DNA of 64,000 nucleotides from an uncultured Chloroflexia bacterium (GTDB lineage Bacteria; Chloroflexota; Limnocylindria; Limnocylindrales; CSP1-4): NCBI GenBank assembly GCA_963720755.1, contig CAVRGP010000013.1, positions 163,369 to 227,368 of the forward strand, read 5' to 3'. Shown piece by piece: positions 58,106 to 64,000 of this stretch (position 1 is its first letter; each line of letters starts with the position of its first letter). The notes under the pieces were generated by a model. It saw only the letters and a program-made list of their open reading frames with translations, ran no database searches and was not told where the DNA came from. The position numbers and the translations under genes were made by a program.

Positions 58106-59357
58106 GTGGATGCATGGTTCATCGTGGCTGCCGTCGCGATCGTGGCGCTCACGCTCGTGACGATCGTCGCGCGTCGCCAGCGCGGCGCGCTGGACGGGAT
58201 CCGGCGTGCGCTCGAGATCGGGTCCGAACGCGACCCGGTCGCCGTCATCGCCTCGCTGCACGACCAGGTGGCCCGCGCCGAGGCCACGACCGAGGCGATG
58301 GTCGATGATCGGTCCGCCTTCGTCGATGCGATGGCCCAGGGCGTCCTGTTCGTCGACGACCAGCTCCGGATCGTCTGGGCGAACGCGGCGGCGCACGAGC
58401 TCCTTGGCCGGACCGGCGCGTCGCTCGCCGGCCATTCGGTCATCGAGGCGTTCCTCGACACCGGGGTGGAGGACCTCGCCCGCCTGGCGCTGTCGACCGG
58501 GTCCGCGACCGGCGAGATCGCCGTGGCCGGGGTCGATGGACCGCGCCTGCTCCTTCGAGCCCGCAAGGCGCCGTCGGGTGGCTTGTGGCTCATCCTGGAC
58601 GACGTGTCCGAACTTCGCCGGCTCCAGCAGATCCGGACCGAGTTCATCGACAACCTGTCGCACGAGCTGCGAACCCCGCTGACGACGGTCAGCCTCCTGG
58701 CCGAGACGTTGTCGCGCGAAGCGGAGGCGGCCGGGGACGCCGTCCCGGCCAGGATGCGCGACCGGATCAGCAAGATCGAGGTCGAGACCGGTCACCTCGT
58801 CCAGATGGTCAACGAGCTCCTCGACCTGTCGCGGATCGAAAGCGGTGGGGCTCTCGGGGCTGTGGACCTGCTCGATCTCGGCGACCTGGCGGTCGAGTCC
58901 AGCGAGCGCCTTCGGCTCTTCGCCGAGCGGCAGGCGGTCGATCTGGGCGTCGAGGTCGAGGAGACGATCCCACCGGTCCGGGGGGACGCCGATCGGCTCG
59001 GCCAGGTGCTGGTCAACCTCCTCCACAACGCGGTCAAGTTCAGCCCGGATGGCGGGGACGTGAGGGTGACGGTGCGGACCGACGACGCTGCCGTCATCGT
59101 GGCGGTGGCCGATCACGGCGTGGGCATCCCGCGAGCCGCGCAGGGCCGGATCTTCGAGCGCTTCTACAAGGTCGACCGCGCGCGCGTCCGGGGGGAGACG
59201 GGCGGGACCGGCCTCGGCCTCGCCATCTCCCGTCACATCGTGGAGCAACATGGTGGCCGGATCTGGGTCGAATTCGACGGAGGGCGCCGGGAGCACCTTC
59301 TCGTTCTCGATCCCGGTCGCTGTTGCGGCCGCGCTGCCACGCACCGAGGGATCGTGA
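58106..59357 (+). pseudogene. PhoR/SenX3-like sensor histidine kinase (TM, PAS, HisKA, HATPase_c) with an apparent 1-nt deletion near 59276-59297. The canonical C-terminus (GSTFSFSIPVAVAAALPRTEGS*) is in the +1 frame
   Basis: H-box (SHELRTPLT), N, G1 and G2 boxes in frame A up to RIWVEFDGG. The universal GSTFSFSIP ending appears only in the shifted frame, terminating at TGA that overlaps the next ATG. Confidence 0.7.
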
Positions 59358-60103
59358 TGGATCGACTGCACGTCGCCACGCTCAATATCCGGAACCTGGC
59401 CGATCGCTGGTTCGAGCGGCTGCCGCTCCTGCTCGCCGACATGGCCGCGCTGCAACCCGATCTCCTCGGACTGCAGGAGGTCGTCTACGTCATGCAGCAG
59501 GACCGGCTGATCGGCGCCGCCGGGGAGGGCCACTACGGAATCGTCCGCGGCTGGGCCGGGCGACCGGAATATGGGAACAGCCTGCTCGTCCGCGAGCCGC
59601 TCGTCGCCGTCGGTGCCGATCGCCTCGACCTTGGCCTGCAGCGATCGGCCCAATCGAGCGTTGTGACGATGCCCGGCGGAGCTCGTGTCCAGGTCGTGGT
59701 GACCCACCTGCATCATCTCGTCCCCGACGCGTCCGCGCGTGATGACCAGGCGGCGGCCATCCTCGGCTGGCTCGACGATCGCCCGGACCGTGACGCGACG
59801 ATCGTGATGGGCGACTTCAACGCCCACCCGTCTGAACCCGCGCCCGATCGGCTCAGGGCGGCCGGCTTCCGGTCCGCCTTCGCCGTCGCGAACGGTTCGG
59901 AACCCGCGGTCACCTGGCCGTCGGGTCTGCAGGCGCCGGCGATGGACACGGACGGCGACCCGGCCTGCCTCGACTACATCTGGGTCCGGGGCGCGGTCAC
60001 GGTCGAGTCGGCACGGCTCATCTTCGATCGGCCGGATCCGACGGATCCCACGCTGTACGCCAGCGATCACCTGGGCATCGCCACGATGCTCCAGATCGGG
60101 TAG
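59357..60103 (+). CDS. Endonuclease/exonuclease/phosphatase (EEP) family protein, translationally coupled to the histidine kinase
   Basis: Starts MDRLHVATLNIRNLADRW. EEP motifs (LLGLQEV, GDFNAHPSE, SDHLGIA). ATG overlaps the HK TGA (TGATG). Confidence 0.65.
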   Translation: MDRLHVATLNIRNLADRWFERLPLLLADMAALQPDLLGLQEVVYVMQQDRLIGAAGEGHYGIVRGWAGRPEYGNSLLVREPLVAVGADRLDLGLQRSAQSSVVTMPGGARVQVVVTHLHHLVPDASARDDQAAAILGWLDDRPDRDATIVMGDFNAHPSEPAPDRLRAAGFRSAFAVANGSEPAVTWPSGLQAPAMDTDGDPACLDYIWVRGAVTVESARLIFDRPDPTDPTLYASDHLGIATMLQIG

Positions 60104-60111
60104 GCGAGCGG

Positions 60112-60780
60112 ATGGCCCCATCGACGGCCCTTCGCCTCGCCCACCGCGGCGACTGGCGAGACGCCCGTGAGAACACGATCCCGGCCTTCGCCGCGGCGTT
60201 GGCGATCCAGGCCTGCGATGGGCTGGAGTTCGATGTCCGGACCTCGAGCGACGGCGTCCCGGTGATCTACCACGATGACACGCTCGCACGCGTGCATGGC
60301 CGGCCGGACCGGGTCGACAGTCTTCCGGCAAGCGCGCTCCAGGCGATCGGCGTGCCGACCCTCTGGGAAGCCCTGACGGCGGTCGGCCGAAAGGCATTCC
60401 TCGATGTTGAGTTGAAGTCGGTCATCGGTCCGGCCTTCGTGGAAGTGATGGCGGCTGGACGTGGCCCGGGCCTGGAGCGCGCGGTCGTCTCGTCGTACGA
60501 CCCGACCGCGCTCGACCGGGTCGGTCATCTCGCTCCGAACTGGCCCCGCTGGTTCATCGCCGATCGGCTCGACGATGACGCGATCGTGACCGCCTCCCGG
60601 CTCGGCTGCCGCGCCGTCGCGGCCGGCTGGCGATCGCTCGACGCCGGGTCGATCGGCGCTGCGACGACGGCGGGACTCGAGGTCGCCGCGTTCACGGTCC
60701 GGGGACGATCGACCTTCGACCGACTTGCCCGACTCGGCGTATCGGCGATGTGCGTCGAGGGGGCGGCACTCGACGGATGA
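60112..60780 (+). CDS. Glycerophosphodiester phosphodiesterase
   Basis: GDPD motifs (HRGD...ENT, LEFDVRTSSDGVPVIYHDDTL). Confidence 0.8.
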   Translation: MAPSTALRLAHRGDWRDARENTIPAFAAALAIQACDGLEFDVRTSSDGVPVIYHDDTLARVHGRPDRVDSLPASALQAIGVPTLWEALTAVGRKAFLDVELKSVIGPAFVEVMAAGRGPGLERAVVSSYDPTALDRVGHLAPNWPRWFIADRLDDDAIVTASRLGCRAVAAGWRSLDAGSIGAATTAGLEVAAFTVRGRSTFDRLARLGVSAMCVEGAALDG

Positions 60781-60791
60781 AGGAGGCAGAC

Positions 60792-62024
60792 ATGACGGAT
60801 CGGGTCGACCGGGCGGACCTCGTGATCGTGGGGGGCGGGACGATCGGCGGCTGGGCCTCGGTCTTCGCGAAGGCCGGCGGGGTCGATCGCGTCGTCGTCG
60901 TCGAACAGGGGACGGTCGGCAGTGGCGCGTCGTCGCGTGCGGCCGGGATCGTGCGAGCCCAGGGTGGGACGCCGGCGGCCGTCGCGCTCGGGCGCTGGTC
61001 GATCGACTTCTACAACGGCCAGTCGGCCGCCTACGGCACCGACTCCGGTTTTCGGGAGCTCGGCTATCTCATCCTGGCCGTCACCGAGGATGACGAGGTG
61101 GCCGGCCACGAGCGGGTGGCGATGCAGCGGGCCAACGGCCTCGACGTCCAGTGGCTCGGGGCGGGTGAGGCGACGACCGTCGCCGGGACGCTCGCGCCGA
61201 CTGGTCATCGCGGTGGCAGCTACATCCCCACGGACGGGGCGATCGATCCGCCCCGCAACGTGCTCGCCTACTCGCTGGCGATGCGGTCGGCCGGTGTGGC
61301 CCTGCGCGAGCGGACCGCGTTCACCGGGCTGCGCACGGTCGAGTCATCGGCGGGGCGACGCGTCGTGGCGGTCGAGACCGACGCCGGGGTCATCGAGACC
61401 GAACGAGTCCTGCTGACCGGTGGCCCGAGTCTCAGGGGAGTCGGCCGCCTGGCCGGCGTCAGCATCCCGGCCGGTGCGGTCCGCCACACGGTCGCGGTCC
61501 TCGAGCCGCACCACGCATTCGACCTGCCTCGGGCGCCGATGGTCTTCGACATCGGGGCTGGTCTGTACTGGCGTCTCGAAGAGGGCGGCCTGCTCTTCGG
61601 CTGGAGCGATCCGAACGATCTACCCGGTCAGGCCCGAGCGATCGATTGGGCGTATTACGACGCGATGCGCGCTCGCCTCGGCGGCCTGGTCCCGGTGACC
61701 ACCGGGCTGGGCCTGGGTCGGATCTGGACCGCGACGATCGACTACACGCCCGATCACCTCCCGATCGTCGGCCCGGCCCTCGATCACGGCGGCGCGCCGA
61801 TCCATGGCGTCACGGTCGCCTCGGCCGGGGGCCACGGGATGATGTGGGGGCCGGGTGTCGCCCGCGTCGCCGCCGATCTCATCGTCGACGGCGAGACGTC
61901 GCTGATCGATGCCTCCGAGTTCGGTCTCGATCGGTTCGACGCCGATGGCCGGAGCCGTCTGGCGACCGATCCGATCGCCTTGCCGTTCCCGGACGCCCCG
62001 CCGAAGCCGGACGCCGAGGGGTAG
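60792..62024 (+). CDS. FAD-dependent oxidoreductase (DAO family)
   Basis: GAAGGAGG RBS. GxGxxG dinucleotide fold (VIVGGGTIGGWASVF). DAO-family length. Confidence 0.7.
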   Translation: MTDRVDRADLVIVGGGTIGGWASVFAKAGGVDRVVVVEQGTVGSGASSRAAGIVRAQGGTPAAVALGRWSIDFYNGQSAAYGTDSGFRELGYLILAVTEDDEVAGHERVAMQRANGLDVQWLGAGEATTVAGTLAPTGHRGGSYIPTDGAIDPPRNVLAYSLAMRSAGVALRERTAFTGLRTVESSAGRRVVAVETDAGVIETERVLLTGGPSLRGVGRLAGVSIPAGAVRHTVAVLEPHHAFDLPRAPMVFDIGAGLYWRLEEGGLLFGWSDPNDLPGQARAIDWAYYDAMRARLGGLVPVTTGLGLGRIWTATIDYTPDHLPIVGPALDHGGAPIHGVTVASAGGHGMMWGPGVARVAADLIVDGETSLIDASEFGLDRFDADGRSRLATDPIALPFPDAPPKPDAEG

Positions 62025-62035
62025 CCGGGATCCCG

Positions 62036-62521
62036 TCAGCCCTTGGGCGTGAGCAGGTCAGGTGGAAGCAACCAGCGCAGCGTGCCGCGCCCGGCGGCGA
62101 CGGGTCGGTCGAGGTCGATCCGCGCGAGCGCGCCCTTCCGCATCGGGATCTCCGCCCCGCCACACAACCGCGAGACGAGGTCGGTGAAGTCCGGGTCGTG
62201 CCCGACGATGACGGGACGGATCGGATCGCCGGCGTCCCGGAGCATGGCTTCGAGCCCATCGAGATCGAACCACTCGGCCAGCCTGGAATCGGTCGTGATG
62301 GGCCGACCGAGGTGGCGGGCGACGAGGGCGGCCGTCTGGGTCGCCCGGACCTTCGGGGAGCTGATGACCGCATCGGGCGAAAAGTGGAGGTGGGAAAGGA
62401 ATCGGCCGAGGCGCTCAGCCTGTCGCTCGCCCTTGTCCGACAGCGGTCGGTCCGCATCCAGCCCGGTCCACGCTGCCGAATCGCCCGCGTGGGCGTGGCG
62501 GAGGACGTAGAGCTCGGTCAC
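62036..62521 (-). CDS. Histidine phosphatase superfamily protein (SixA-like phosphohistidine phosphatase)
   Basis: RHAHA catalytic motif (LYVLRHAHAGD) and the C-terminal His. Confidence 0.7.
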   Translation of the reverse strand: MTELYVLRHAHAGDSAAWTGLDADRPLSDKGERQAERLGRFLSHLHFSPDAVISSPKVRATQTAALVARHLGRPITTDSRLAEWFDLDGLEAMLRDAGDPIRPVIVGHDPDFTDLVSRLCGGAEIPMRKGALARIDLDRPVAAGRGTLRWLLPPDLLTPKG

Positions 62522-62537
62522 GACGCGAACGCGATCG

Positions 62538-63182
62538 TCACGGATTGAGGTCCTCGACGTCGCCGGTCACGAGGTAGACGACATCCTCGGCGATATTCGT
62601 CGCGCGATCGCCGATCCGCTCGAGATAATGCGAGGCGATGATGATCCGGGTCCCACGCTCGACGTTGGCCGGATCGGCCCGCATCAGCTCGACGACCTCG
62701 TCGAACGTCGCGTGGTAGAGCCGATCGATCTCGTCGTCCTCGACGGCGATCTCACGAGCTTTCACGGCGTCGGATTCGATCAATGCCAGGAGGACGCCGT
62801 GGACCAGGACGGCGGCCCGCTCCGCCATCTCCGGCAGGTGGACGTAGCGCTGGAGCGGTGGCTGCGGCGCGAGCTTGATGACCGCCTTGGCCACGGACGC
62901 CGCGTGGTCCGCGATCCGCTCGAGTTCGTAGGTCACGTGGTCGAGGGTGAGCAGGTAGCGCAGATCACGGGCGACCGGCTGCTGGGTGGCGATCGTCACG
63001 GAGATGAGCCGCGAGACCCCGCGCTGCGCCTCGTTGATGATGGCGTCGCCCTTGACGACGTCGAGCGCGAGCGCGGCGTCATGGGCGACCAGCGACCGGC
63101 TCGCCTCGCGGATCGCCGCTTCCACGAGGGCGCCCATCCGAAGGACCGCGTCACGGATCAGCTGCTCCTCCCGATCCAGCAT
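62538..63182 (-). CDS. phoU: Phosphate signalling complex protein PhoU
   Basis: Two PhoU repeats (DxxxD/E...RIADHA, YLERIGDRATNIAE). Start placed at the Met (residue 39 of table ORF 62538..63296) where the PhoU homology begins; may extend to 63296. Confidence 0.8.
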   Translation of the reverse strand: MLDREEQLIRDAVLRMGALVEAAIREASRSLVAHDAALALDVVKGDAIINEAQRGVSRLISVTIATQQPVARDLRYLLTLDHVTYELERIADHAASVAKAVIKLAPQPPLQRYVHLPEMAERAAVLVHGVLLALIESDAVKAREIAVEDDEIDRLYHATFDEVVELMRADPANVERGTRIIIASHYLERIGDRATNIAEDVVYLVTGDVEDLNP

Positions 63183-63309
63183 CTCGCGCGGGGTCGACGA
63201 CAGCGGACCGCGGATATCATCGCTCGTCTCGTCCGTCACGAGCTCGTTGATCTGTCGGTCCATCATCGTCTCCCCCGGCTGTCGTCGGTCGCTCATCGGT
63301 GGCCGCCCG

Positions 63310-64000
63310 TCAGCCGAACCTGCCGGAGACGTAGTCTTCGGTCAGCTGCTGCTTCGGGTTGGTGAAGATGCTGGTCGTTTCGTCCATCTCGACGAGATAG
63401 CCCGCCCGATCATCCCCCATCGTGAAGAAGGCGGTGTAGTCGCTGATGCGCGACGCCTGCTGCATGTTGTGGGTGACGATGACGATCGTGTAGTTCGATC
63501 GCAATTCGGTCATCAGTTCCTCGATCCGGAGCGTCGCCACGGGGTCGAGGGCCGAAGCCGGCTCGTCCATCAGGATGACTTCCGGGTCGACGGCCAGGGC
63601 CCGGGCGATGCACAGGCGCTGCTGCTGGCCGCCCGACAGGGATGTCCCACCCTGCTTGAGCTTGTCCTTGACCTCGTCCCACAGCGCCGCCCGCCGGAGC
63701 GACCGCTCGACGACTTCGTCAAAGTTCGTCCCCTTCGGCCGTCCCGTCAACTTCAGTCCGGCGATCACGTTGTCGTAGATGGACATCGTCGGGAATGGAT
63801 TCGGCCGCTGGAAGACCATCCCGACCACGCGGCGCAGGGCGACGGGGTCCACGTCCGGACCGTAGATGTCCTCGTCGTCGAGGCGGACGGAGCCCTCGAC
63901 CCGGGTCCCATCCGTGAGCTCGTGCATCCGGTTGAGCGTTCGAAGGAACGTGCTCTTGCCGCAGCCCGATGGACCGATGATCGCGGTGATGGCCTGCGGT
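63310..64000 (-). CDS. pstB: Phosphate ABC transporter ATP-binding protein PstB; N-terminus lies beyond the window end
   Basis: Signature ([15 protein letters not shown]) and Walker B ([12 protein letters not shown]). The reverse complement of the last 40 nt encodes the Walker A ([15 protein letters not shown]), so the ORF continues out of the window. Confidence 0.85.
   Translation of the reverse strand, partial: PQAITAIIGPSGCGKSTFLRTLNRMHELTDGTRVEGSVRLDDEDIYGPDVDPVALRRVVGMVFQRPNPFPTMSIYDNVIAGLKLTGRPKGTNFDEVVERSLRRAALWDEVKDKLKQGGTSLSGGQQQRLCIARALAVDPEVILMDEPASALDPVATLRIEELMTELRSNYTIVIVTHNMQQASRISDYTAFFTMGDDRAGYLVEMDETTSIFTNPKQQLTEDYVSGRFG

Noticed and set aside
58106-60103. Reading the 665-aa ORF as a genuine histidine-kinase-EEP fusion protein
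   Set aside because: The canonical HK C-terminus (GSTFSFSIP...) is present in the +1 frame, ending in a stop that overlaps the EEP ATG. A frameshift plus two coupled genes is more parsimonious.
57269-60397. 1042-aa minus-strand ORF
   Set aside because: Antisense to the J-domain gene, histidine kinase and EEP gene. Arg/Gly/Pro-rich with no domain pattern.

Overview
High-GC actinobacterial-type chromosomal window, about 65 supportable genes, densely packed and mostly intact. I found no rRNA, tRNA, CRISPR array, transposase or integrase. The window divides roughly as follows, left to right.

- Transport and lipid genes: 3' end of an RND efflux pump, a tandem-duplicated AI-2E transporter, a PLD-family protein, and a DUF360/holin-4_2 plus alkaline-phosphatase-like fusion.
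- Iron module: sufB-sufD-Rieske ferredoxin with an unusual AT-rich inverted repeat upstream and no sufC/sufS/sufR; an MbfA-like erythrin-VIT1 fusion followed by a cupin; a DtxR/IdeR regulator further right.
- Lipid and core metabolism: lgt, a plsC-like acyltransferase, cbs-GNAT-metB (reverse transsulfuration), pckA-mdh, then a small lipoprotein divergent from a possible Lgt-like paralog.
- A roughly 21 kb catabolic island (about 25.1-46.0 kb): mmsA, a dihydropyrimidinase/hydantoinase translationally coupled to a homocysteine S-methyltransferase, an LLM-family F420-type oxidoreductase, an N-carbamoyl amidohydrolase, a SnoaL-like protein, NlpC/P60, a diacylglycerol-kinase-family lipid kinase, a class III aminotransferase, a NitT/TauT-type ABC importer, and a DHOD-like flavoprotein coupled by 4 nt to a 1216-aa pyruvate:ferredoxin oxidoreductase. 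No canonical dihydropyrimidine dehydrogenase is present. The PFOR-coupled DHOD-like protein lacks the catalytic-Cys loop and is the most interesting candidate for a new ferredoxin-linked reductase.
- A CPVC-motif membrane protein plus rhodanese lipoprotein, downstream of a perfect 14-bp palindrome.
- Right end: upp, an asparaginase-family protein, gltX, proS, and a phosphate-related module (a PhoR-like histidine kinase coupled to an EEP phosphoesterase, GDPD, an FAD oxidoreductase, SixA, phoU, and the start of pstB at the window edge).

Both two-component genes, the OmpR-family regulator and the histidine kinase, carry apparent single-base frameshifts in short G runs. Coordinates derived by counting residues within table ORFs may be off by a few nucleotides.
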